Assembly: GCA_045627045.1 (NCBI GenBank)
Contig: JAZQMY010000054.1
Coordinates: forward strand, 19,629 to 83,628
From: Clostridia bacterium
GTDB taxonomy: Bacteria; Bacillota; Clostridia; HGM11327
Length of the DNA stretch: 64,000 nucleotides
Direction of reading: 5' to 3'
This document shows, piece after piece, positions 54,965 to 63,914 of the stretch. The notes under the pieces are model-generated. The model was not told where the DNA came from. It did not search any database and saw only the letters and a list, made by a program, of their open reading frames with translations. How positions within the stretch are numbered: position 1 is the first letter of the stretch; every line of letters begins with the position of its first letter. A program made the translations under genes and the position numbers.

Positions 54965-57772
54965 TTATTCCAAATTTTTCATAATTGTCAGAATATTCTG
55001 ATTATTTTCGTATTTATACTTGATATCGTCCATAGTCTTCTTGACCATGAATATTCCGAGTCCGCCGATATTCCTGTCTTCGGCGGAAAGTGTGATATCA
55101 GGATCTTCATTTGTCAGAGGATTGAATGGAACGCCTTCATCACAGAATCTGATGTAAATGCGCTTCGGAGATTCCTTGACAATCAGTTTTACTGTGACGG
55201 TGCCACCCTGATTCTTGTAGCCGTAGCGTACTATGTTGCTGAAAATCTCATCAATCGCAACATTTATCTGCATTATTGTGCGCATAGGACTTTCGAGTGT
55301 TTCAAGGTAAGATTCAACGAAGTCCGTCACACGGGTGATATCGGAAATTTGTGCATTGTCAATGACGAGAGTCGGAGCAGGCGGTGTGCCTATGAACTTG
55401 ACTGCTAACATCGTGATATCGTCAAACTGCGGATTAGTGCCTACAAAGTTGTCGATATCCGTCCTGACAATTTCGCACATTGTTTTCATATCGTCAAATT
55501 CACGTGAATTGAGAAGCTCAAGAAGCCTTTCCTCGCCGAAAAGCTGATTATCGGCATTGGTCGCTTCCGTAATGCCGTCGGTGTAGAGGAATATCACGTC
55601 ACCCGGCTCAAGCTGGATCTCCTGAATTTTATATCGGATGCCATCCATTCCCGCAAGAACGAAACCGGCTTTTGATTTGAAGTAAGAGAAACCGTTTTTA
55701 CCGCGTTTGATAAGCGGAGGGTTGTGACCTGCGTTAACAAACTGGAGAAGACCTGTTTCGAGGTTAAGTCTGCCCTGCCATGCGGTTACGAACATACCTG
55801 CATCGTTTCCTTCGCAGAGAGAAGCGTTGCCGTTTGTGAAAACATTGTCTATTGACATCTGTGCCTCGGTGAGGCTTCTGAGCTCTGTTTTTGCTCGCAT
55901 CATAAACATTGCGGCAGGAATTCCTTTGCCTGAAACGTCGGCAATAAGTATATTGAGAAACTGCTGATCCGTCATATAGAAGTCGTAGAAGTCGCCTCCG
56001 ACCTCCTTGGCAGTATCCATCTGTGCATAGATATCAAAATCTTTTCTGTTCGGGAATGCAGGAAATACATTCGGAAGAGAAGACGTCTGTATGTTTTTTG
56101 CAAATTCAAGCTCTGCATCTATTCTTGCAGAAGCCTCCTTGATGTATCGCTTGAGCGTGAATACTGTCTGGTTGATGTCATCCGAGAGAGAAGCAAATTC
56201 TTCGTTTGAGCGGACGTTTACCACCTCGTCGAGGTTGCCTCCCGTAATTTTGGCAAGAGACATATTGATATTGCGAAGCTGATTAACGATCACTCTCTTG
56301 ATGAGCATATAGATAAGACTGAAGAGAGCGGCAAATACGAGTATTTCCATGAACGTATTCACGAAGAGCGCGGTATTTCTTGTTCTCATGACTTCAGCGG
56401 AGGGAAGAATTGCGATAATGTGATAACCTTCTGCGGAACGGTACATATAGCAGATATTCTGATTCTCGAGAATACCGTTTGATGCAATGTTTTCTTCGGG
56501 AATTGAGCTGCTGGATAATACGTCTTCCTTGATGGAAAGTATGTTGACACTTTCGGGAGCGCTCAAGATATTGTAAGCTTCGTCAACAATGATAATGAAT
56601 CCTGTCTGACCTACATGGCGGTTCTTCGTAATGCCGATTATATCGGAATCAATGTCCTTCTGGAACTGAACGGCATCATATCCGACCTGAACAAAGCCGC
56701 CCTCGATGCGTACACCTGCGTATTTTCTGAAAACATTACTTGAATATGATATCGGGCCGTAATCCTGAACGTATGTTTCGGCAGTGTTGAGGAGGCAGAG
56801 GAAATCCGCTGACTGACTGCCTGATGCCATGTCATAGCCGATGAACTCCGGCACAGAACTGTCGATGATTATTCCGTCGCTGTTGATGATATTGACCTCG
56901 GCAATGTCATACTTCTCAAGAATCTTCTCAAGCGGCATATCCTTTACGTCGACTGCGATTCTTAATGCAAGTGACAGGAGGTTCTCATTTGATGCATCAC
57001 GGATGTCGGCCTCTGTTTCATCGAGAGCAATTTTAAGAAGATTTTTTTCCTGCGAAATTGCTATCTCATTCTGCAGACGGTATACAAAGAACGAAGTAGC
57101 CGCAAAAGCGAAAAGAACTGTTACGAGAAGCCACTTCTGAATTATTCTTGAGATATGCCTGTCCGAGCGGAGCCTGGTAAGCTTTTCTCCGCAGATGAGC
57201 GTGACCAGAATTCCCGAAAGAAGTACTGACAGGCTGTTTGATGCTATCATGGGCATCGCGCACGCCTCAACAACACGGATAGCTTCATCAGGAGTTGACA
57301 TATTCGTGAGGAATATCATTGTCAGGTGGAAAACTTCCATTACAACGCCGATGGCCATAGCGATAAACCAGCCCGGGCGTTTGTTATCAAACATATATTT
57401 GCGGAGCACTGCGGAGTAGATACCGGCAAGGATCGTTGAGAGAGAGCAGGCGACCCTTGTGAATGAGCCTATGCCCCATGCAACGGCAATCCAACGCTCA
57501 ACGCCGCCTATAACGCCTGCAATGATACCTGCAGGACCGCCGAACATAAGTCCTGCGATGAGAACTGCGGCATCACGGCAGTTGGCCTGGGCACCGTTAA
57601 AGGAAATTCCGTATTCTGTTCCGATAATGGCAAGACCGCCGAAAATAATGCCTATGATTATCTGACGAAGAATTTTATTCTTCAGAGTAAATTTTTTATC
57701 AAACCATGTTATGATTGCTGCGGCCAGTACAGGAAGCAATGCGGCAATGCCAAGCCTGATGTATTCGTTCAA
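54965..57772 (-). CDS. Membrane sensor: LytS/YhcK 5TM + extracytoplasmic Cache-like + HAMP + SpoIIE/PP2C phosphatase + RsbW-like kinase
   Basis: ANCRD...GLMFGG..GIIAG 5TM; HAMP; EVGGDFYD, IADVSGKG, NAGH, YTDG, DDIT phosphatase; DEIFSN, DEG, GGLG kinase. Start re-assigned to TTG 57772 (GGGGGTG RBS). Confidence 0.9.
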   Translation of the reverse strand: MNEYIRLGIAALLPVLAAAIITWFDKKFTLKNKILRQIIIGIIFGGLAIIGTEYGISFNGAQANCRDAAVLIAGLMFGGPAGIIAGVIGGVERWIAVAWGIGSFTRVACSLSTILAGIYSAVLRKYMFDNKRPGWFIAMAIGVVMEVFHLTMIFLTNMSTPDEAIRVVEACAMPMIASNSLSVLLSGILVTLICGEKLTRLRSDRHISRIIQKWLLVTVLFAFAATSFFVYRLQNEIAISQEKNLLKIALDETEADIRDASNENLLSLALRIAVDVKDMPLEKILEKYDIAEVNIINSDGIIIDSSVPEFIGYDMASGSQSADFLCLLNTAETYVQDYGPISYSSNVFRKYAGVRIEGGFVQVGYDAVQFQKDIDSDIIGITKNRHVGQTGFIIIVDEAYNILSAPESVNILSIKEDVLSSSSIPEENIASNGILENQNICYMYRSAEGYHIIAILPSAEVMRTRNTALFVNTFMEILVFAALFSLIYMLIKRVIVNQLRNINMSLAKITGGNLDEVVNVRSNEEFASLSDDINQTVFTLKRYIKEASARIDAELEFAKNIQTSSLPNVFPAFPNRKDFDIYAQMDTAKEVGGDFYDFYMTDQQFLNILIADVSGKGIPAAMFMMRAKTELRSLTEAQMSIDNVFTNGNASLCEGNDAGMFVTAWQGRLNLETGLLQFVNAGHNPPLIKRGKNGFSYFKSKAGFVLAGMDGIRYKIQEIQLEPGDVIFLYTDGITEATNADNQLFGEERLLELLNSREFDDMKTMCEIVRTDIDNFVGTNPQFDDITMLAVKFIGTPPAPTLVIDNAQISDITRVTDFVESYLETLESPMRTIMQINVAIDEIFSNIVRYGYKNQGGTVTVKLIVKESPKRIYIRFCDEGVPFNPLTNEDPDITLSAEDRNIGGLGIFMVKKTMDDIKYKYENNQNILTIMKNLE

Positions 57773-57818
57773 GAGTGCACCCCCATAAGAAACTGCGTAA
57801 TATATTATAAATAAATAT

Positions 57819-57847
57819 ATTATAACATAATAAAGCCGGAAATGCAA
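57819..57847 (-). promoter_or_regulatory. Sigma-A promoter of the partner-switching operon
   Basis: Minus strand TTGCAT-17 bp-TATAAT with extended TG. Confidence 0.7.
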
Positions 57848-57860
57848 GATTCCCGGCTTC
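57828..57860 (-). terminator. Terminator after the antiporter gene, overlapping the -35 of the next promoter
   Basis: Minus strand GAAGCCGGGAAT-CTTGC-ATTTCCGGCTT-TATTA. Confidence 0.55.
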
Positions 57861-57933
57861 TTTTGTTCCACACTTTTTGTGGGAGAATGTATTTTTAACT
57901 ATTTTTGTTGATTATTATTCTGCTGAGACCGGC

Positions 57934-59121
57934 TTAAAAAGCAAACTGATACACGCAGAATGCGGCATAGATTATCAGCAGTGAAATGCCCTGCCAACGC
58001 TTGAGCTTGCCTGTTGCAAGGGAAGGAAGAGTAAGTATTGCCATAGTGATGAACATGAGCGGTATGTCTATGATAAGAGATGAGTTCATGCCGGCAATGA
58101 GCTTGCTTTCGGGCAGGCTGAAAGGTGAGAGTACGGTTGAAAGGCCGCTTACGAGGACGAGATTGAAGAGGTTCGCACCGATGACGTTTCCCAGAGAGAG
58201 GGAGGAATGTCCCTTGATGAGCGATGTTACTGCGGTCACAAGCTCCGGAAGTGACGTTCCGAGAGCAACGAGCGTAAGAGCGATAACTGATTCAGGTACT
58301 CCGAGCGCTTTTGCAATGAGTGTACCGTTGTCAACGAGGAGGTCAGCACCGAGAGCGATGCATACCGCACCAATCACAAGAAGAAGGATATCTTTGATGA
58401 GAGGGAAGCTCTTCTTTGCAGTGAAATCCTCAAATGCCTTGCAGGAAGCCTTCACAGGAAGTGCTCCGGCGATCATGTAGAGAACGAGAAGCGCAAAAAG
58501 AATGATTCCGAGTGCAAAAGGCATTGAAACGAATGTGTTCAGGATGAACGCCGTAACGCATACTGCGCCGCACAGAACGAAAAGCACTGTGTTGAGGAGC
58601 GTTGTCGGCTTTTCATCTTCATCTTCGTCTTCTGATTTTTCTTCTTCCTTTGATTCCGCAGGCTGAGGCATCTTCTTTATCTCACGGACATTCATTACCA
58701 TGTAAAGAACGAATACTGCGAGAAGGATAAGTCCGGACCATGCGTAGAAGAACTTGAATACTGCCGCAAATACGGTATAGAGAGCGGCTGCCGAGAAGAA
58801 AAATATTACAGGAAGTCTGAATGTTTTTCCGTCAACATCGGAAGGCTTGAGTGCAACCGTGAGCGCCGCAATAAGTGCCGCGTTGCAGATCACGGATCCG
58901 ATGGCGTTTCCGTAGGCGATTTCTCCGTGGCCGGTAACAGCGGATGTTGCGGACACCATGACTTCGGGGAGAGTTGTTCCGATGGAAACGATAGTTGCTC
59001 CTATGAGAAGCTCCGGAAGATGAAAACGGTGAGCTATTCCGCAGGAACCGTCAACAAACCAGTCGCCGCCCTTGATGAGCAGAACAAAACCGAGAATAAA
59101 TAATAAAACAGGTATAAGCAT
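57934..59121 (-). CDS. Calcium/sodium antiporter (CaCA, YrbG-like)
   Basis: Alpha repeats GTTLPE...GNAIGS and GTSLPE...GNVIGAN. Confidence 0.92.
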   Translation of the reverse strand: MLIPVLLFILGFVLLIKGGDWFVDGSCGIAHRFHLPELLIGATIVSIGTTLPEVMVSATSAVTGHGEIAYGNAIGSVICNAALIAALTVALKPSDVDGKTFRLPVIFFFSAAALYTVFAAVFKFFYAWSGLILLAVFVLYMVMNVREIKKMPQPAESKEEEKSEDEDEDEKPTTLLNTVLFVLCGAVCVTAFILNTFVSMPFALGIILFALLVLYMIAGALPVKASCKAFEDFTAKKSFPLIKDILLLVIGAVCIALGADLLVDNGTLIAKALGVPESVIALTLVALGTSLPELVTAVTSLIKGHSSLSLGNVIGANLFNLVLVSGLSTVLSPFSLPESKLIAGMNSSLIIDIPLMFITMAILTLPSLATGKLKRWQGISLLIIYAAFCVYQFAF

Positions 59122-59167
59122 TTTGTGATCTTCTCCTTTTCATTTGTATTATTTCCCCCGTACAGGC

Positions 59168-59203
59168 AAAAAACTCAGGTACGGCAAAAGCACATACCTG
59201 AGC
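59168..59203 (-). terminator. Riboswitch-controlled leader terminator
   Basis: Minus strand GCTCAGGTATG...CGTACCTGAG followed by a T-run, upstream of the antiporter RBS. Confidence 0.8.
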
Positions 59204-59253
59204 TTGATCATTTTTTATCAGATCGGATTCATGTACGGCTTTTTCAAGTTATA

Positions 59254-59341
59254 CATGAGTCTCGAAAATTAAAGCAAGCCAGACCTTATCGATCGGGGCT
59301 GTTGACTTGCTGCGGAGATTTCCGCTTTCTACTCCCCCATG
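59254..59341 (-). ncRNA. yybP-ykoY (Mn2+-sensing) riboswitch aptamer
   Basis: Minus strand CATGGGGGAGTAG...GCGGA/TCCGC hairpin...GCAAGTCAACA...GGCTTGC...CGAGACTCATG: the GGGGAGUAG, GUCAAC and CGAGAC hallmarks with a closing P1; lies in the leader of a cation transporter. Confidence 0.85.
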
Positions 59342-59355
59342 GGATCACAGGCAGA

Positions 59356-59384
59356 AGTATATCATATTTTATTGCATTTGTCAA
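59356..59384 (-). promoter_or_regulatory. Sigma-A promoter of the riboswitch leader
   Basis: Minus strand TTGACA-17 bp-TATACT with extended TG. Confidence 0.78.
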
Positions 59385-59487
59385 GGTAATATTTGGTATT
59401 GTGCCGAAAAAGAACAGAAAACAAAAACATTGTTCAGAAAAATGTTGCTTTATACTGATTTTATGCAAATTTTTTGCCGAATTTGAG

Positions 59488-59516
59488 TTGACAAATTTGC
59501 ACTTTTGTTTTATACT
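59488..59516 (+). promoter_or_regulatory. Sigma-A promoter of the glycyl radical enzyme operon
   Basis: TTGACA-17 bp-TATACT. Confidence 0.72.
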
Positions 59517-59556
59517 ATATATGTACCATAATAGGTAAATCAGCGAGGTAAAGAAA

Positions 59557-62091
59557 ATGGATAAATTTTACACCGATCATATAAAGAAGAGCGACAGAAT
59601 AGAGCGACTGAAGAGCCAGCTCTACAAGAAGCTGCCGGAGATTGAGGCAGACAGAGCCGTTCTCATCACAAAATCATATATGGAGACGGAAGGCGAGCCT
59701 GTCATCACGAGAAGAGCCAAGGCCTTCAGATATATTCTCGAGAATATCCCCATAACGATAAGGGATGAGGAGCTTATTGTAGGAAGCGCAACGGTCCACC
59801 CGAGAAGCTGTCAGGTTTTCCCTGAATTTTCGTTTGAATGGCTTGAGGCAGAGTTTGATACAGTTGAAAAGAGAAGTGCCGATCCGTTCTATATCTCGGA
59901 TGAGACGAAAAAGACTCTTCACGAAGTATATAAATACTGGAAGGGTAAGACGACAAGCGAGCTTGCAACGTCATATATGGCGCCCGAAGCAAAACTTGCA
60001 ATGGCTCATAACATCTTTACTCCTGGAAACTACTTCTATAACGGTGTAGGACACGTTACCGTTGACTATGGCAAGGTGCTTGCCGTAGGTTACAGAGGCA
60101 TAATAGACGAGGTCAGAGCGGCAAAGGAGAAGCTTGATTTCGGCGACGGAGATTACGTCACGAGAAAAGCATTCCTTGATGCGGTTGAAATGAGCTGTGA
60201 GGCCGCAATAACCTATGCAAAGAGATATGCAAAGCTTGCTCTTGAGCTTTCTGAAAAGGAGAACTCTCCCGAAAGAAAGAAGGAGCTTGTAAATATAGCT
60301 TATAACTGTGCAAATGCCCTTGAGAACGGCTCAAAATCATTCTGGGAGGCATGCCAGTCATTCTGGTTTGTGCAGATGCTCCTCCAGACGGAGTCAAGCG
60401 GACATTCCATCTCTCCGGGAAGATTTGACCAGTATATGTATCCTTACTTCAAGGCTGATTTTGAAGCAGGAAAGATCACAAGAGAATTTGCCCAGGAGCT
60501 TATGGATTGCATCTGGATCAAGCTCAACGACCTTAATAAGTGCAGAGATGCCGCATCGGCTGAAGGCTTTGCAGGATACAGCCTTTTCCAGAACCTCATT
60601 GCAGGCGGTCAGAATAAATACGGCGAGGATGCAACGAATGACCTTTCGTTCATGTGCATAGAAGCGACACTTCATGTGCTTCTCCCACAGCCGTCATTCT
60701 CTGTCAGAGTATGGAACAAGACTCCGCATGAATTCCTTGTCAGAGCGGCAGAGCTCACAAGAACAGGCGTAGGACTCCCTGCTTACTATAACGATGAAGT
60801 CATCATTCCCGCGCTCCTCAGCAGAGGTCTTACGATAGAGGATGCAAGAGAATACAATATTATCGGCTGTGTTGAGCCGCAGAAGTCTGCAAAGACATGG
60901 GGCTGGCACGATGCCGCTTTCTTCAATATGTGCAGACCGCTTGAGCTCGTTTTCTCGGACGGTGCAGATAACGGAGAGCAGATCAGCATCCATACGGGCG
61001 ATGTTACCGAAATGAGAACATTCGATGAGTTCTATGATGCTTACAAGAAGCAGATGAATTACATGATATCTCTTCTTGTCAATGCGGATAACGCCATTGA
61101 CGTTGCTCATGCGGAAAGATGTCCGCTTCCTTATCTTTCATCAATGGTTGAGGACTGCATAGGCAGAGGCAAGACACCCGAGCAGGGCGGTGCGATCTAT
61201 AACTTCACGGGCCCGCAGGGCTTCGGCATCGCAAATATGGCAGACTCACTCTACGCAGTGAAGAAGCTCGTTTATGATGAGAAGAAGATAACGATGGAGG
61301 AGCTCCGTGATGCGCTCCGCTTCAATTACGGCAAGAACGAGCCGGACGAAAAGAAGATAAAGGAAATAACGGAAAAGACGGCTCTTGAGCTTGCAAAGGC
61401 AGGCTACGGAGTTTCCGAAAAAGATATAAAGACGATATATGAAAAGGTGAAGAGCTCAACAGCGCTCACACTCGAAAAGAAAAAGCGCTATGAAGAGATA
61501 AGGGAAATGATACTTGCCGTTGACAAATTCGGCAACGATATCCCCGAGGTAGATGCTTTTGCAAGAGACGTTGCCTATACATACACAAAGCCTCTTGAGA
61601 AGTATGAAAACCCGAGAAACGGCATTTTCCAGGCAGGACTTTATCCTGTATCGGCAAACGTGCCGCTCGGCGCACAGACAGGCGCAACTCCCGACGGAAG
61701 ATACGCCGCAACTCCTGTTGCAGATGGCGTTTCGCCGAGCGCAGGACGTGATGTCAACGGCCCTACTGCATCGGCAAACTCTGTTGCAAAGCTCGATCAC
61801 GGCATTGCTTCCAACGGTACGCTCTTCAATATGAAGTTCCATCCTTCTGCACTCGCAGGCAAGAGCGGAATTGAAAGCTTCATCGCGCTCATTAGAGCAT
61901 ATTTTGATCAGAAGGGTATGCATATGCAGTTCAACGTTGTAAGCAGAGAAACACTCAGGGATGCACAGGCTCATCCTGAAAAATATCAGAGCCTTGTTGT
62001 CAGAGTTGCAGGCTACAGCGCACTTTTTACCACACTTTCAAAGTCACTCCAGGACGATATCATAAACAGAACGGAGCAGGGCGGATTCTGA
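59557..62091 (+). CDS. Glycyl radical enzyme, B12-independent 1,2-propanediol dehydratase type
   Basis: GCVEP Cys loop, RVAGYS Gly loop; N-terminus (KSDRI...PEFSFEWLEAEF...RSADPFYIS...GNYFYNGVGH) closely resembles the Roseburia inulinivorans enzyme as I recall it; microcompartment context. Confidence 0.9.
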   Translation: MDKFYTDHIKKSDRIERLKSQLYKKLPEIEADRAVLITKSYMETEGEPVITRRAKAFRYILENIPITIRDEELIVGSATVHPRSCQVFPEFSFEWLEAEFDTVEKRSADPFYISDETKKTLHEVYKYWKGKTTSELATSYMAPEAKLAMAHNIFTPGNYFYNGVGHVTVDYGKVLAVGYRGIIDEVRAAKEKLDFGDGDYVTRKAFLDAVEMSCEAAITYAKRYAKLALELSEKENSPERKKELVNIAYNCANALENGSKSFWEACQSFWFVQMLLQTESSGHSISPGRFDQYMYPYFKADFEAGKITREFAQELMDCIWIKLNDLNKCRDAASAEGFAGYSLFQNLIAGGQNKYGEDATNDLSFMCIEATLHVLLPQPSFSVRVWNKTPHEFLVRAAELTRTGVGLPAYYNDEVIIPALLSRGLTIEDAREYNIIGCVEPQKSAKTWGWHDAAFFNMCRPLELVFSDGADNGEQISIHTGDVTEMRTFDEFYDAYKKQMNYMISLLVNADNAIDVAHAERCPLPYLSSMVEDCIGRGKTPEQGGAIYNFTGPQGFGIANMADSLYAVKKLVYDEKKITMEELRDALRFNYGKNEPDEKKIKEITEKTALELAKAGYGVSEKDIKTIYEKVKSSTALTLEKKKRYEEIREMILAVDKFGNDIPEVDAFARDVAYTYTKPLEKYENPRNGIFQAGLYPVSANVPLGAQTGATPDGRYAATPVADGVSPSAGRDVNGPTASANSVAKLDHGIASNGTLFNMKFHPSALAGKSGIESFIALIRAYFDQKGMHMQFNVVSRETLRDAQAHPEKYQSLVVRVAGYSALFTTLSKSLQDDIINRTEQGGF

Positions 62092-62110
62092 TGCCGCACC
62101 CGGAAAAAAT

Positions 62111-62908
62111 ATGACAGAGCAGGAATTATTCAGTACAAAAGGCAGAATATTCGACATTCAGAAGTTCTCCATCCATGACGGCCCCGGCATCAGGACGATA
62201 GTATTTCTCAAGGGATGCATACTCAGATGCAGATGGTGCTGTAATCCAGAGTCCCAGGAGTATCATATTCAGAAAATGATGCAGAACGGCAGAGAAAAGA
62301 TCATCGGCAAGGACACGACTGTCGGTGAGGTGATGGAGACTGTGATTCAGGATATGCCATATTACAGGAGAAGCGGCGGCGGCATTACGCTTTCGGGCGG
62401 AGAATGTCTTTGTCAGCCGGATTTTGCGGAAGCGCTACTCCGTGCCGCAAAGGAATACGGCCTTGATACGGCGATCGAGTCAACAGCCATCGTAGAGTAT
62501 CCGGTAATCGAAAGAATATTGCCTTATCTTGATCATTTCCTGATGGATATAAAGCACATAAACTCCGCAAAGCATACAGAGTTCACCACTCAGCCCAATG
62601 AAAGGATCCTTCAAAATGCAAAACGCCTTGCGAAGGATGCAAAGGAGCTGATAATAAGGGTGCCTACAATACCGGGCTTTAACGATACTGACGAAGAAAT
62701 ACTTGATATTGCAAGGTTCACCCGTTCGCTCGGCACAGTCAGGGAGCTTCATCTTCTTCCGTACCACCGCCTCGGCTACGATAAGTATATAGGTCTCGGA
62801 AGAGAATACAAAATGGGCGATGTTCCCTCACCTTCAAAGGAGAAAATGGAGCATCTCAAGGCAGTGGCGGAATCTGTCGGTTCACTTGACGTGATAATCG
62901 GCGGCTGA
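62111..62908 (+). CDS. Glycyl radical activating enzyme (radical SAM), no ferredoxin insert
   Basis: HDGPGIRT, CILRCRWCCNPE (CxxxCxxC), GITLSGGE, LLPYH. Confidence 0.95.
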   Translation: MTEQELFSTKGRIFDIQKFSIHDGPGIRTIVFLKGCILRCRWCCNPESQEYHIQKMMQNGREKIIGKDTTVGEVMETVIQDMPYYRRSGGGITLSGGECLCQPDFAEALLRAAKEYGLDTAIESTAIVEYPVIERILPYLDHFLMDIKHINSAKHTEFTTQPNERILQNAKRLAKDAKELIIRVPTIPGFNDTDEEILDIARFTRSLGTVRELHLLPYHRLGYDKYIGLGREYKMGDVPSPSKEKMEHLKAVAESVGSLDVIIGG

Positions 62909-62948
62909 TGCCGGAAAGATAAAACGCTTCAGAAAGACGGATAAACTT

Positions 62949-63302
62949 ATGGAAAACAAACAGAGAATAATTCAGGAAATAGTTCCGGGCAAACAGATAA
63001 CGCTTGCCCACATAATAGCAAAGCCGGATGAAATACTTTACAGAAAGCTCGGCCTCAATCCTGAAATAGATTATTCAAAGGCGGCAATAGGCGTTGTGAC
63101 GATGTCACCTGCGGAATATGCGATAATTGCGGCTGATATTGCGCTGAAGAAATCGGGAAGTGAGCTTGGCTTCGTTGATAGATTCAGCGGAACGCTTATT
63201 ATAACGGGCACTGTTTCCGAAGTGGAGGAAGCAGTCGGCGCCGTGTGTGATTACGCACAGGAAAAGCTCGGCTTTTCCGTATGCGAGATAACGAAGACCT
63301 GA
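62949..63302 (+). CDS. eutS: Permuted microcompartment shell protein (EutS/PduU)
   Basis: QRIIQEIVPGKQITLAH, GFVDRFSGTL, ITKT C-terminus. Confidence 0.92.
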   Translation: MENKQRIIQEIVPGKQITLAHIIAKPDEILYRKLGLNPEIDYSKAAIGVVTMSPAEYAIIAADIALKKSGSELGFVDRFSGTLIITGTVSEVEEAVGAVCDYAQEKLGFSVCEITKT

Positions 63303-63304
63303 CG

Positions 63305-63751
63305 ATGAGAAAACTGATTCTTATCGGAAGAAGCGAAAGCGGAAAAAGCACACTCATTCAGGCACTCAGACATGAGGAACTCGATTATCACAAGACACAG
63401 TACGTTGATTTTACTGAATCGATAATAGATACTCCCGGAGAATATGCGGAGGACGCAAGACTCGGCGGAGCGCTTGCTGTCTATTCTTTCGAAGCAGATG
63501 TTGTGGGGCTTGTGATATCTGCAACCGAGCCGTATTCGTTGTTTCCACCGAATATAGTCGGCATGGCGACAAGACCCGTGATAGGCATAGTTACCAAATG
63601 CGATCACAGGTTTGCGGACGCAGAGCAGTCGAAAAGATGGCTTGAGCTTGCAGGTTGCGAAAGAGTGTTCTTCACAAGCAGCTACAACAATGAGGGAATA
63701 AACGAAATACTTGACTTCCTCAACGAAAACAACACAAAACCAAATAAATAA
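63305..63751 (+). CDS. eutP: EutP/PduV microcompartment-associated P-loop protein
   Basis: GRSESGKST, YHKTQ, IDTPGEY, VTKCD; start at ATG 63305. Confidence 0.92.
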   Translation: MRKLILIGRSESGKSTLIQALRHEELDYHKTQYVDFTESIIDTPGEYAEDARLGGALAVYSFEADVVGLVISATEPYSLFPPNIVGMATRPVIGIVTKCDHRFADAEQSKRWLELAGCERVFFTSSYNNEGINEILDFLNENNTKPNK

Positions 63752-63795
63752 GGCATAAAAACACAAGAAATACCAACCAAAATGACAAAATCCTA

Positions 63796-63824
63796 TTGAC
63801 TTTTGTGTTGATTTGTGATAGAAT
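63796..63824 (+). promoter_or_regulatory. Sigma-A promoter for the aldolase gene
   Basis: TTGACT-17 bp-TAGAAT with extended TG. Confidence 0.6.
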
Positions 63825-63914
63825 TATATTGTCAAAAAAGGCGTATATTGCCCTTTTGACGTTATAAATAAAAAGAAAAAATCAGTATTATTTACCGAAA
63901 AGGAGAATAAAAAA

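Noticed and set aside
57773-57871. ORF-track GTG start for the sensor phosphatase
   Set aside because: No RBS, and the extension covers a terminator and a sigma-A promoter; TTG 57772 has a GGGGGTG RBS
52881-59341. Idea that the Mn2+ riboswitch controls the downstream PP2C/HD operon, both Mn-dependent enzyme types
   Set aside because: A terminator-like hairpin (57828-57860) and a separate promoter lie between them; partial readthrough is possible but unsupported
59557-62091. Pyruvate formate-lyase or choline TMA-lyase assignment
   Set aside because: Single-Cys GCVEP loop rather than the adjacent Cys-Cys of PFL; sequence and aldolase context fit propanediol dehydratase
125-63766. Many 60-240 aa ORFs overlapping or antisense to assigned genes (e.g. 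53601-54326, 43243-43905, 42122-42769)
   Set aside because: They are shadows of well-supported genes, with no recognisable motifs
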